This document shows positions 16,826 to 26,332 of a stretch of 40,575 nt of DNA, piece after piece (position 1 is the stretch's first letter; the number at the start of each line of letters is the position of its first letter). Source of the DNA: Candidatus Cloacimonadales bacterium. GTDB lineage: Bacteria; Cloacimonadota; Cloacimonadia; Cloacimonadales; TCS61. The notes under the pieces are model-generated. The model did no database searches, had not been told where the DNA came from, and was given only the letters and a program-made list of their open reading frames with translations. A program made the translations under genes and the position numbers. The stretch covers positions 1 to 40,575 of the forward strand of contig JAWOEN010000052.1 of assembly GCA_046482725.1 (NCBI GenBank). Direction: 5' to 3'.

Positions 16826-19800
16826 CTATTTCATCAAAATCATTTTTCTGGTTTCAGTCTGCTGCGGATTAGAGAGCTGGTAAAAATATACGCCTGAGGC
16901 AACATTTTTCTGATTGCTGTCTTTGCCGTTCCAGGTAGCAGTATGCCTGCCAGCCGATAATTCAGCATCAACCAAAGTTTTTACTTTTTGTCCTTTCAGG
17001 TTATAGATGGTCAATTCTGTCGGCTGATTTTCAGTTGCTACAGAAAACTTGATAGTGGTGGTGGGATTGAAAGGATTGGGATAATTCTGCTGCAAAGATT
17101 GCTGCAGATTCAGCTCATTTTCATCACTGTTCAAGACTTCAAAAGCCACTTTCTGAGCGTAAATATTGTAGATATCATTCTTGCCTGAAGAGCGGGCATC
17201 TTCCCAGATAATAAAAGCAGAATCATCTCCGGCATAAGCCGAGATTGGTTTTTTCTGATCTTTGATCGCTGTCGTAAGTGCAAGACCTGCATTATCCCAC
17301 TGTTTCTCACCGGCAGCCGAGACCCATTGTGTGTGGATATCAGATTCGGCTACACCAGCCTCTCCACCACCAAAATAGTGTTCCCAAGATACCAAGAAGC
17401 TTTCGCCGTTGGATACTAAATCAGGAGTTTTTTGGTTTTGCTCTTCGGCAATAATCTCGATTCCGTTTCCTGCCCAATTTGTAGAAGCATCTGAATTGTA
17501 GCTCTGCATATAGACATCATAGATTCCACCTTCCAAGTCATCCCAAGCCAAGAATAAACCATCATTATATACAGGATTGGAAGCAATCTGATCATTTTCG
17601 GATGTTACCAGAGGTGCTCCGTTTTCTTCCCAAAGTATATTGCCATCAGCAGTAACTATCTGTCCGTAGATATCTGCGATTCCATCGTTACGCTTATCTG
17701 ACCAAATCAGCAACAAACCTTCATCGGTCATGATAGCTTGCGCTTTCTCCTGAATACCTGCAGCAGCAACAACTTCTAAGCCATCTTCCGGCCAGCCAGC
17801 TGCCATATTACCAGTTTCATCCAGCTTGGCTACGTGGATATTTATAGTATTCCAATTAACAGAAATTTTCCAGATAATGTAATCGTCTACCACTGTCATC
17901 AGCTCATCTTCACCTGCCAAGTCTGCGATTTCCACTCCTGCCGGATCAAGCTGAGCTTCACCGTTTTCATCAAATATCTGAGAGTAAATACCATAATCAA
18001 AATTGGCTCGGGTATCTTGCCAACTGATAAAATATTGCCCATCAACATAGGCTATCTTAGGATTTTTCTGAGCTACTTCATTGGGACAAACCACAGTTCC
18101 CTGCTCGCCCCACAATCTATTGCCATCAAAATCTAGCAGCTGAGCATAAGTATAATCAACTCCATCGATCCGACCTTCGGTCCAAACTACGGCAATTTTG
18201 TCTTCTCCCGGCACCAAAGTAGCATGCAGCTCTTGCTGATCAGAGCCTGTCATCTCGGTGATGGAAACACCATTTTTTTCCAATTGGAAACTAGCATCAG
18301 GATTAAGAATCTGATAATAGATCTGGCTTGCCAAATGAGAATCACGGCTATCTTCCCAAACTACGGCAGGATTTTCGCCATTTTCTAAAATTGTATAATC
18401 GGAAGCGTTGCCGATCATGCCGCCGAAGACAACTTTTCCATTTTCTGGTAAAATCTCTTCTCCAGCTTCATCCAGAATCTGCACCTGAATCGTTCTGGCT
18501 CCAGCTTCATTATTACCATTACCCCAAATCGTAAAAATTCTATCTCCACTTTTTTTGATCAGCGGAGAAAATTGTTCACTAAACTGCGAGCAAACTTGCA
18601 ATCCATCTGTTTCCAGCTGAATCTCACCAGCAGCATTGACCTGCTGAGCATAGATATCTACATTGGGAAAACCTCCATCTCGAGAATCATCCCAAATAAT
18701 CCAAATTCCGCCTGCATCATCAGAATCCAAGCGCGGATTTAATTGATCATATGCGGCAGTTACCACTGGTAAACCGTCGGCAGCCCATAATTTCTCGCCT
18801 GCCTGATTTATCTTCTGCACGTGAATATTTTTGTAAGTTATCTCTGCTGCGCCATCTTCCCAGGCTACTACAGCCGCATCATCAGAGGTGATCTGAATGC
18901 GAGGATTTCTCTGGATTCCAGCGCCTACTAAAATTTCCAATTCTTCTTCCCACAAAAAGTTGCCATCCAAATCGACTAACTGTCCATAAATATCACCGGA
19001 TGCTTCGTTACGCTTGTCTAGCCAAGCAAAGAAAAATTTATCGTCGGAAGTACGAGTTACTTTGGGACGAGATTGTGCATTGGCAGCGCCCACTAATAAA
19101 TTGCCATTTTCAGCCCAGAGCAAATCTCCATTGGCTGCGATTCTCTGCATATAGATATCAGATCCTCCGGGATTTCTGTCATCAGCCCAGGCTACCACAG
19201 CCCCGCCTTGTCCATCTTCCCAAAAAGTATGCTGACCTTGTGAATTTGATTCGACCACTATCGGGTTGCCATCTGCTTCCCAACCTTCGGCAATTGTGCC
19301 ATCGGCCAAAATATGTGTTCCATAAATATCAGGAGCAGATTGCAAGCGTTGATCGACCCAAATGATCAAAGCTCCGCCAGCTTCATTACTGACTATATTA
19401 AGCGAAATTTGTTCTTCTTCTGCCAGACAAAGTGGTACGCCAGCTTCATCCCAGAGGATATTTCCATCTTCATCCAATTTCTGAGCATAGATGTCGCCTT
19501 CCAGAGGATTATTGCGGTAATCTACCCAAGCCACAACTGTCTGCCCATCTCCGGTTTCGATAATCACCAGATCTTCCTGACGATCAGCTTCACCGTTGAT
19601 CATTACGCCTTCCTTCATGCCGGGATAAGCAGAGTTGCCACTCTCTTCGCCCCACAACATATTGCCGTCGCCATCTACTTTTTGGGCAAAAATGTCACGA
19701 TCACCATTTCTTACATCCGACCATACATAAACCACACTGCCATCGGGGATCGTAGCACTTGCTCTGGTCCATTCCACGTTTACGCTTTGACGCACAGGCA

Positions 19801-19888
19801 TAGATTTGTCCCATTGCAACTGGGCATTCAGCCCTACCACTAATGACAACAGTAAAACTATGATAAATTTTCTCATTTTTCTCTCCAT
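16826..19888 (-). CDS. Large secreted repeat protein (about 15-16 tandem ~57-aa units, probable beta-propeller array) with a T9SS C-terminal domain
   Basis: 1020 aa with a signal peptide (an alternative start MRKF lies 4 codons in). The recurring unit is (V/I)W.D.R....DIY.Q.(V/L)D..GN.LW...G..(V/L). Examples are DIFAQKVDGDGNMLW, DIYAQKLDEDGNILW, DIYMQRIAANGDLLW, DIYGQLVDLDGNFLW and DIYGQIVTADGNILW. The C-terminus is LQQNYPNPFNPTTTIKF...SGVYFYQL...KMILMK. Confidence 0.75.
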   Translation of the reverse strand: MERKMRKFIIVLLLSLVVGLNAQLQWDKSMPVRQSVNVEWTRASATIPDGSVVYVWSDVRNGDRDIFAQKVDGDGNMLWGEESGNSAYPGMKEGVMINGEADRQEDLVIIETGDGQTVVAWVDYRNNPLEGDIYAQKLDEDGNILWDEAGVPLCLAEEEQISLNIVSNEAGGALIIWVDQRLQSAPDIYGTHILADGTIAEGWEADGNPIVVESNSQGQHTFWEDGQGGAVVAWADDRNPGGSDIYMQRIAANGDLLWAENGNLLVGAANAQSRPKVTRTSDDKFFFAWLDKRNEASGDIYGQLVDLDGNFLWEEELEILVGAGIQRNPRIQITSDDAAVVAWEDGAAEITYKNIHVQKINQAGEKLWAADGLPVVTAAYDQLNPRLDSDDAGGIWIIWDDSRDGGFPNVDIYAQQVNAAGEIQLETDGLQVCSQFSEQFSPLIKKSGDRIFTIWGNGNNEAGARTIQVQILDEAGEEILPENGKVVFGGMIGNASDYTILENGENPAVVWEDSRDSHLASQIYYQILNPDASFQLEKNGVSITEMTGSDQQELHATLVPGEDKIAVVWTEGRIDGVDYTYAQLLDFDGNRLWGEQGTVVCPNEVAQKNPKIAYVDGQYFISWQDTRANFDYGIYSQIFDENGEAQLDPAGVEIADLAGEDELMTVVDDYIIWKISVNWNTINIHVAKLDETGNMAAGWPEDGLEVVAAAGIQEKAQAIMTDEGLLLIWSDKRNDGIADIYGQIVTADGNILWEENGAPLVTSENDQIASNPVYNDGLFLAWDDLEGGIYDVYMQSYNSDASTNWAGNGIEIIAEEQNQKTPDLVSNGESFLVSWEHYFGGGEAGVAESDIHTQWVSAAGEKQWDNAGLALTTAIKDQKKPISAYAGDDSAFIIWEDARSSGKNDIYNIYAQKVAFEVLNSDENELNLQQSLQQNYPNPFNPTTTIKFSVATENQPTELTIYNLKGQKVKTLVDAELSAGRHTATWNGKDSNQKNVASGVYFYQLSNPQQTETRKMILMK

Positions 19889-20078
19889 TTTTCTAGATTA
19901 TTATTAAAAATTATTTTAAGTCTCAACTTGTGTTTTTATCAAACAGATTGTTAAAAAAAAACACAGTTTTGCAATATTTCGGTTTAACATTTTCCAAACC
20001 TTGCTAAGCGCACGGCTCGGAAAAATTCTTTGCTCTTTATTAGCTACTATTTCCCATTTATTATCAGATTGAAACTTG

Positions 20079-21113
20079 TCAATCTTGAATCGAGATTTGT
20101 GATACTCCGATTCTGGAACCGGCAAAAACTTTGCCATCCTGGATATTTACGTTGTAGGTATAGCCAATCTCGCTATCGTCTATCCGCCCTATTCGGCGAG
20201 GGTTTACAGGATCTGAGATATCAAAAACATAGAGGCCGCCACCACCGGAAGCCAGTGCCAGATAATCACCTTCCACAGCTACATCTTGAGCATAGCCGGA
20301 AGTAGCCACTTCAGCAACTATCTGAGGATTATTGAGGTCACTGATATCAGCAATTACCAGCCCGTTTTGTCTGTCAGCTACGTAAACAAAATCGTCAACC
20401 ACCTTTACAGACAGTGGAATGCCCTTGGTATCAAAGCGACTGACAAAGGTTGGAGCAAATTCTCCACGCTGGTAGATGCTTATACCCAATTGCTCGGAAC
20501 AGATAAAAAAATGATTGTTGGCAAAATCAAATTTCCCGATCTCAAAATCAAATTCATAATCGGCAACTCCACCAGCCCATAGCCAGCTATTAAATTCTTC
20601 ATCAAAGGCTAAACTTCCACCTAACATAATTTTGTTAGTTCCGTTATCCAAGCTCCAAATTACCTCGATCCCATCATCGTGTCTGTAGGTTTTCATCTCA
20701 AACAAATCGGTTGTTTGCCCACTGATAGTGGCTACATTTTGCACATCTTCAGGATCTGAGATATCAAAAATGCGAATGCCGTTTAAGCCCCCATAAGGCA
20801 CATAAACCACCAAGAGCGAATCTTCTTCAACTGGCTGGATTAGTCTCATATTTTCATAATTTGACTCATAAAAATCGACTAATAAAGCATTTGTCTGATG
20901 GTTGAAAATAGAGAATCCGGCTTGATCTTCAGCAGCGTAAATTCTATCTGCAGTAACAGCTGCATCCAGAACATATCCGGTGGTTGGGTAAAAATGAACC
21001 ACATTTAAGCTTTCTACAGTTTCTGTAGCGAGTGGGTCATTGGGTTGAGCACAGCCCACAAAAGCCACTACAATTGATATTAACAAAATTTGAATAATTC
21101 TTTCTTTTTTCAT
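20079..21113 (-). CDS. LVIVD-repeat beta-propeller lipoprotein
   Basis: The track ORF runs to 21194. ATG at 21113 gives MKKERIIQILLISIVVAFVGC, a lipoprotein signal peptide. Repeats include GIRIFDISDPEDVQNV, GLVIADISDLNNPQIV and GLYVFDISDPVNPRRIG, matching the LVIVD repeat pattern. Confidence 0.7.
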   Translation of the reverse strand: MKKERIIQILLISIVVAFVGCAQPNDPLATETVESLNVVHFYPTTGYVLDAAVTADRIYAAEDQAGFSIFNHQTNALLVDFYESNYENMRLIQPVEEDSLLVVYVPYGGLNGIRIFDISDPEDVQNVATISGQTTDLFEMKTYRHDDGIEVIWSLDNGTNKIMLGGSLAFDEEFNSWLWAGGVADYEFDFEIGKFDFANNHFFICSEQLGISIYQRGEFAPTFVSRFDTKGIPLSVKVVDDFVYVADRQNGLVIADISDLNNPQIVAEVATSGYAQDVAVEGDYLALASGGGGLYVFDISDPVNPRRIGRIDDSEIGYTYNVNIQDGKVFAGSRIGVSQISIQD

Positions 21114-21348
21114 AAATCTTCCTTGTAAAAATTCATTTTTTTTCTTACTTATATTTGTGCATTTTTTATTCCAAAATTGTGTGACGATAAGCATTCGTCA
21201 TTTTAACTGCTCGGTAATAGTTTATTATCTTTTTTCCAGAGAGCAAATTAAATTATTGAAATAAGATTTTTTTGGTGAAAACACTTTACGGAGAACAGGA
21301 AAATTTATTTATTGACTTTCAAAATGATAAACGACCCGGAGGATACTA

Positions 21349-23583
21349 ATGAATAGATGCTTTATAGCAGTGTTAATACTACTCGCCAGTACTTTTTTGC
21401 TAGGCCAGAATAGCTTGATTTTGCAAGTGGATATAGAAGGTAACCAAAATATCGAAAGTGATCTGATCAGATCTTTAAATGTTTTGGAAGTGGGCAGTAA
21501 TATTTCCAGTGATAATGTCAGCAAAACCATCAAAAATCTTTATCAATTAGGCGTATTTAAAGATGTAAATATCAGCGCAGAAGAACTTGATCAGGGCTTG
21601 GTTCTCACCATTTTAGTGGAAGAATATCCCATCGTCAACCAACTGGAAATCAAAGGCAACGATAAAATCAAAACCAACAAGCTGACTGAGATAATTACCT
21701 TGAAGAAAGGAAATTATTGGTCCCCGTTTTTAAAAAGCGAAACCACGAAGCAGATAGCTCAGCAATATCAGGAAAAAGGCTATCACACTGCAGAAGTAAG
21801 CTACAGTGTCGACCAAGTTGGAGAAAATCTGGTAGATCTGATCCTCCAGATCGATGAAGGCGAAAAAGTAAAAGCCGAAAGCATCACCATTCATGGCAAC
21901 AAAGAGGTAAATACCAAAACCCTTCTGCGCAAGATGAAGACCAAGAAAAACAGCCTCTTCCGCTCGGGAAAATTCGAGCAAGAGCAATTTGATGAAGATC
22001 TGAATAAAATCATCGCCTACTATAATAAGGAAGGTTATGTTGATGCTCGCATCGTCTCATCAGATGTAAAACTGGTGAAAGGTGATTTTATGATAGATAT
22101 CTATCTTTATGAGGGTAATCAATATCTGTTTGGTGAAGTGATAATCTCGGGTAATGAACGCTTTACAGACGAGATCATTCAAGCTAATTTCAAATTTAAT
22201 GTCGATGACATTTTCGATCTCCAGAAATTTAATGAACAGTTGAATTCAGTAGCTTCCATGTATCATGAAGATGGCTATATTTATGCCGGCTTTGAGCATG
22301 ATCTAAAGAAGCAAGATGAGCGGATAAATGTAATCTTGACCATCAATGAAAACACCCGCGCCAAAGTACGAAAAATCCATATCAAGGGAAACCGCAAAAC
22401 CAAGGAAAAAGTTATCCGCCGCCAATTGGTGATCGCCCCGGGAGATTTTTTCCAGCAATCCAAAGTCCAGCGCTCTTTGGGCAATATTTACAATATGGGA
22501 TTTTTCGAAGCAGATCTTTATCCTGACTATAAACCGATCAACAACAATGGTGATATTGACTTGATAATTACCGTAAATGATAAAATTTCCGGTAGCGCCA
22601 ATGGTGGAGTTTCCATTAATAGTCAAGATGGAGTGGTGGGACAACTAGCAGTTTCGCACAATAATCTTTTTGGTAATTCTTGGCAATCCAGTGTGAAGTG
22701 GGAATTTGGCGGCTCGACTAATAATTTTACTTTCAATTTCACCAATCCTTACTTTATGGATACAAATATTTTGGCTGGTGTAGATCTATATCATACTACG
22801 CAAGAGCTGACAACCTACAAGCTCAGAAAAAACGGAGCAGCCATCAGGTTGGGTCGACCACTGAGTTTTTTGAACTACAGTAAGCTAATCTTGGGCTATT
22901 CTCTCTACTCCAAAAGATATTCTATTCTCTCAGGTAAAGAAGATCTGGCTACAGAGACCCTGATCGAATATAATGAATTAGGCTGGCAAAACACCAGCTC
23001 TGTTTCTGCCACCATCTCTCGCGATACCAGAGACAATGTCTTTTTCCCCACCAATGGTTCCAATTTTACAGTCTTTAATGAACTAGCCGGTGGACCACTA
23101 CAAGGTGACTTTAGCTATTTCAAACAGATCGCACAGGTGAGCTGGTATACCAAAACATTTTGGAAACTGGTCTTGCGCACCAAATGGCGATTGGGCTATG
23201 TGGAAAGCTACAACAATTCTATCGTACCTCCCGATGAGAGATTTTATCTGGGTGGTGTAGGCTCTGATGCTATCCGGGGCTATGCAGATCGCTCGATCGG
23301 ACCTCTGGATGAAAATGGCAACAATACCGGCGGCTATCGAGCTTTGATCTTCTCCAGCGAATATGCTGCTCCTTTGGCTGGTGATCAGATCGTAGGCTTG
23401 ATCTTCTTTGATGCCGGAGATGCTTACAACAAAATGGCAGAATTTAATCTTTGGAAATTGAAATCCGGGGCCGGCACAGGCATCAGAATTCAAAGTCCTT
23501 TTGGCTTGATCGGCTTTGATTATGCCTACAATTTTGATACCAAAAAATGGGAGCCTCATTTCCAATTTGGTACTACATTCTAG
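21349..23583 (+). CDS. bamA: Outer membrane protein assembly factor BamA (POTRA repeats plus Omp85 barrel)
   Basis: 744 aa with a signal peptide. Repeated ~75-aa POTRA-like units are visible (I..I.I.GN...). The barrel has RGY and GG.. motifs (LGGVGSDAIRGY) and a C-terminal ...HFQFGTTF aromatic terminus. A GGAGGA ribosome-binding site lies upstream. Confidence 0.9.
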   Translation: MNRCFIAVLILLASTFLLGQNSLILQVDIEGNQNIESDLIRSLNVLEVGSNISSDNVSKTIKNLYQLGVFKDVNISAEELDQGLVLTILVEEYPIVNQLEIKGNDKIKTNKLTEIITLKKGNYWSPFLKSETTKQIAQQYQEKGYHTAEVSYSVDQVGENLVDLILQIDEGEKVKAESITIHGNKEVNTKTLLRKMKTKKNSLFRSGKFEQEQFDEDLNKIIAYYNKEGYVDARIVSSDVKLVKGDFMIDIYLYEGNQYLFGEVIISGNERFTDEIIQANFKFNVDDIFDLQKFNEQLNSVASMYHEDGYIYAGFEHDLKKQDERINVILTINENTRAKVRKIHIKGNRKTKEKVIRRQLVIAPGDFFQQSKVQRSLGNIYNMGFFEADLYPDYKPINNNGDIDLIITVNDKISGSANGGVSINSQDGVVGQLAVSHNNLFGNSWQSSVKWEFGGSTNNFTFNFTNPYFMDTNILAGVDLYHTTQELTTYKLRKNGAAIRLGRPLSFLNYSKLILGYSLYSKRYSILSGKEDLATETLIEYNELGWQNTSSVSATISRDTRDNVFFPTNGSNFTVFNELAGGPLQGDFSYFKQIAQVSWYTKTFWKLVLRTKWRLGYVESYNNSIVPPDERFYLGGVGSDAIRGYADRSIGPLDENGNNTGGYRALIFSSEYAAPLAGDQIVGLIFFDAGDAYNKMAEFNLWKLKSGAGTGIRIQSPFGLIGFDYAYNFDTKKWEPHFQFGTTF

Positions 23584-23610
23584 CAAAGTGAAATCTGCCT
23601 AACCCGATCT

Positions 23611-23645
23611 CCCAGCTCTATTTTTTAGAGCTGGGCTTTTTTTAT
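23611..23645 (+). terminator. Rho-independent terminator of bamA
   Basis: A 9-bp CCCAGCTCT attttttt... AGAGCTGGG stem followed by CTTTTTTTT. Confidence 0.85.
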
Positions 23646-23730
23646 TGGCCACAAAAACATTTTTGCGGAAGCTAATTTTTTTGTTATCTGAAGCTTAGCA
23701 ATTATCGGATCAAAAGCGATTACTTTTTTC

Positions 23731-23759
23731 TTGACCACTGAAACCGCCCTCTATTTATT
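23731..23759 (+). promoter_or_regulatory. Sigma-70-type promoter candidate for the tRNA-Pro/Val/Val cluster
   Basis: TTGACC (23731-23736), a 17-nt spacer, then TTTATT (23754-23759). It ends 11 nt before the tRNA-Pro 5' end. The second tRNA cluster at 28425 has the same architecture. Confidence 0.5.
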
Positions 23760-23770
23760 GGCATCTCGAT

Positions 23771-23849
23771 CGGGATGTAGCCTAGTCCGGCTCAGGGCGC
23801 CGCATTTGGGATGCGGAGATCGGAGGTTCGAATCCTCTCATCCCGACCA
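23771..23849 (+). tRNA. tRNA-Pro (anticodon TGG), CCA encoded
   Basis: Hand-folded cloverleaf. Acceptor is CGGGATG/CATCCCG. The anticodon arm is CCGCA-TTTGGGA-TGCGG with G37. The T arm is GGAGG-TTCGAAT-CCTCT. The D loop is 11 nt. Confidence 0.85.
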
Positions 23850-23881
23850 GTTTTTCATAGACGTGACTTCAGATAGAATCT

Positions 23882-23957
23882 GGGCGTGTAGCTCAGTTGG
23901 GAGAGCGCCTGCCTTACAAGCAGGTGGTCGGGGGTTCAAGTCCCTCCGCGCCCACCA
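23882..23957 (+). tRNA. tRNA-Val (anticodon TAC), copy 1, CCA encoded
   Basis: GGGCGTGTAGCTCAGTTGGGAGAGCGCCTGCCTTACAAGCAGGTGGTCGGGGGTTCAAGTCCCTCCGCGCCCACCA. It forms a canonical cloverleaf with anticodon loop CTTACAA. Confidence 0.9.
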
Positions 23958-23989
23958 TTTTCTATCAAAAAACCTGAAATAAATTTTCA

Positions 23990-24065
23990 GGGCGTGTAGC
24001 TCAGTTGGGAGAGCGCCTGCCTTACAAGCAGGTGGTCGGGGGTTCAAGTCCCTCCGCGCCCACCA
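23990..24065 (+). tRNA. tRNA-Val (anticodon TAC), copy 2, identical to copy 1
   Basis: The 76-nt sequence is identical to 23882..23957, separated by a 32-nt AT-rich spacer. Confidence 0.9.
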
Positions 24066-24069
24066 TCTT

Positions 24070-24096
24070 GCCGATCTTTGGATCGGCATTTTTTTT
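24070..24096 (+). terminator. Rho-independent terminator of the tRNA cluster
   Basis: GCCGATC tttg GATCGGC followed by A and T8. Confidence 0.85.
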
Positions 24097-24349
24097 GTCC
24101 TGATTCTGAGATTTACCTACAAGAGCAGAGCAAAATTTGCTTCTGCATTATTTTTTTTCCAAACCGCCATCCACAATCTGTTAGCGGCCCACAACCCGAA
24201 CTTGGTTATTAAAGCTCCTTTTTTAGCAATCTCACCCAAGCGAGCTTCAGGATCTGCTTCTACTATTGTTACAGCGATTAAATCCTTGACTGAAAATCTC
24301 TGAAAAATATCTCTTCATCAAAATAAAAATTAGCTGGAACAATCATAAT

Positions 24350-25495
24350 ATGAGCTCAAAAAACGAAAAACTGGAAAATATAATTTATAGCTTATTACTA
24401 ATTCTATTTATAGTCTTAGTTATCTATCTTCATCATAATAAATTGACTGGCCAAAACAGTAATAAAGTGGAGATCCCGGTAGCCCGGATTGAGCACAAGG
24501 CTTCTGTTTTGGATGCTATCAACAAAGCTGCAGAACTTCTGAGTCTGCCAAGCGAGATGTTTTCTATCAACAATAGTGACGGTGCCATCTTTATTCGTCT
24601 TGGTCTGGATCGACAGCGGCTAGATCTGAACTATGCCAACGCAGTTATCACCAATCAGGTAGACCAGACCAAAGGCGAAGTGATCTCGGGTCGGGTGAGA
24701 TATCAAGGTTCACAGCAGCGGCTGGAAATCATTGATCAGCTCGATCAGCAAAAATATATTGTTACTCTCTATTATTCCCGAGACTACACAACTAACGTTC
24801 AAACCAAGCTAGCGATTGTCGTCGATGATTTTGGTGCAAGAAACAATCAATTGCTACACGATTTTTGTTCACTGGATCCGGCAGTGAGCTTTGCTATTTT
24901 GCCAGATCTGCGCTTTTCACAACGTGTGATGGAGATGGCCAACGAGACCGGGCATGAAACCCTGATTCACGTTCCGATGGAACCTATCAGCTATCCGCGC
25001 CATGATCCGGGTCCCAAAGCCATTTATGTTCATCTCAGCCCTCGGGAGATAGAGCAACGGATGAACTATTTTATCGAACAATTTCCACTGTCAGTGGGAG
25101 TAAACAATCACATGGGTTCGCTGGCGACTTCTGATCCTACGGTGATGAAAACAGTTTTAGGAGTATTGAAACAGCGCAATCTCTATTTTGTCGACAGCCG
25201 CACCAGCCAATCTTCGGTAGCCTACGACATGGCAAAAGAGATGATGATCCCCACAGCTGAAAACAAGCTTTTTTTGGATACGCCCTCTATCGATTCAGCC
25301 ACGATCAATGGAAAATTAAGGCAGCTGGAGTATCTGCGCAAAAGACACGATAAAATATTGGTGATCACGCACTGTTCGGATGAAGAGCGCTATCATTTCC
25401 TGAAAGAATTTATCAAAGAAGCAAAAAAGAGAAATTTCCAACTGGTTCCGGTATCGGATTTTTTCCAAAACGAATTACCAGATCTCATTTCATAA
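24350..25495 (+). CDS. Divergent polysaccharide deacetylase family protein (YibQ-like), membrane anchored
   Basis: 381 aa with an N-terminal transmembrane segment. The motifs AIVVDDFG, LIHVPMEP and NNHMGS match the YibQ/divergent polysaccharide deacetylase family as I recall it. Confidence 0.65.
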   Translation: MSSKNEKLENIIYSLLLILFIVLVIYLHHNKLTGQNSNKVEIPVARIEHKASVLDAINKAAELLSLPSEMFSINNSDGAIFIRLGLDRQRLDLNYANAVITNQVDQTKGEVISGRVRYQGSQQRLEIIDQLDQQKYIVTLYYSRDYTTNVQTKLAIVVDDFGARNNQLLHDFCSLDPAVSFAILPDLRFSQRVMEMANETGHETLIHVPMEPISYPRHDPGPKAIYVHLSPREIEQRMNYFIEQFPLSVGVNNHMGSLATSDPTVMKTVLGVLKQRNLYFVDSRTSQSSVAYDMAKEMMIPTAENKLFLDTPSIDSATINGKLRQLEYLRKRHDKILVITHCSDEERYHFLKEFIKEAKKRNFQLVPVSDFFQNELPDLIS

Positions 25496-25507
25496 AGAGG
25501 AGAAACT

Positions 25508-26326
25508 ATGCAAATATTAAAATCTATCATCATGGGAATCATTCAGGGCTTAACAGAATTTTTGCCAGTTTCTAGTTCGGGCCATTTGGTTTTGGCCAAA
25601 CATTATCTGGGAATCCAATTTTCCTCCAGCGTAGCTTTTGAAGTTTTTTTACATCTCGGCTCAGTTTTGGCTGTGCTGATCTACTATCGCAAAGATATCG
25701 CGCAGCTGCTAATATCGCTCTTCAAATTCAAAGACAATTCCAAAGAGCATCTGCACAATCGCAATACTATTTATTATTTGCTGGTTGCCACCTTTGTCAC
25801 GGGTCTAATCTACTTTTTCTTTGATGATAGAATTGAAGCTATTTTTGATACAACTAATCCCAATAATCTCTATTGGGTCAGCATCTTTTTGGCAATCACC
25901 GGTCTTATCGTTTTCTGCTCGGATAAGATTAGCGTCACTCAGCTCAATCAGCGCTTGGGCATAAAAAAATCCATCCTAATCGGAATCGCTCAGGCCTTTG
26001 CTCTATTGCCGGGAATTTCTCGTTCGGGATCAACTATTTCCATGGGAATCTTCGTTGGCATGAAACGAGAAGAAGCAGCCAGGTTCTCTTTTCTACTCTC
26101 ATTACCGGCTATTTTGGGAGCAAACATTATGAAGTTCGGCGAGCTCTCACAATTGAATAGTTCTGATCTTAGCGCTTTTCTGTTTGGGGCCTTAGCTGCC
26201 TTTATTTCAGGGCTATTAGTGATCTCGGCTCTGATCAAGCTGATCAAAGATAAAAAACTGAAGTATTTTGCTTATTACTGTTGGATCATTGCCACAATCT
26301 CTATCATTTTCTATACGGTCAGCTAA
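25508..26326 (+). CDS. uppP: Undecaprenyl-diphosphate phosphatase
   Basis: 272 aa, polytopic. The GIIQGLTEFLPVSSSGHL and PGISRSGSTI motifs are diagnostic of BacA/UppP. An AGAGGAG ribosome-binding site lies upstream. Confidence 0.9.
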   Translation: MQILKSIIMGIIQGLTEFLPVSSSGHLVLAKHYLGIQFSSSVAFEVFLHLGSVLAVLIYYRKDIAQLLISLFKFKDNSKEHLHNRNTIYYLLVATFVTGLIYFFFDDRIEAIFDTTNPNNLYWVSIFLAITGLIVFCSDKISVTQLNQRLGIKKSILIGIAQAFALLPGISRSGSTISMGIFVGMKREEAARFSFLLSLPAILGANIMKFGELSQLNSSDLSAFLFGALAAFISGLLVISALIKLIKDKKLKYFAYYCWIIATISIIFYTVS

Positions 26327-26332
26327 GATATT

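Noticed and set aside
23731-24089. Track ORFs 23731..23982 (+, 83 aa) and 23838..24089 (-, 83 aa)
   Set aside because: They lie entirely across the tRNA-Pro/Val/Val genes. The repeated peptide WWARRDLNPRPPACKAGALPTELHA is simply the antisense translation of the duplicated tRNA-Val.
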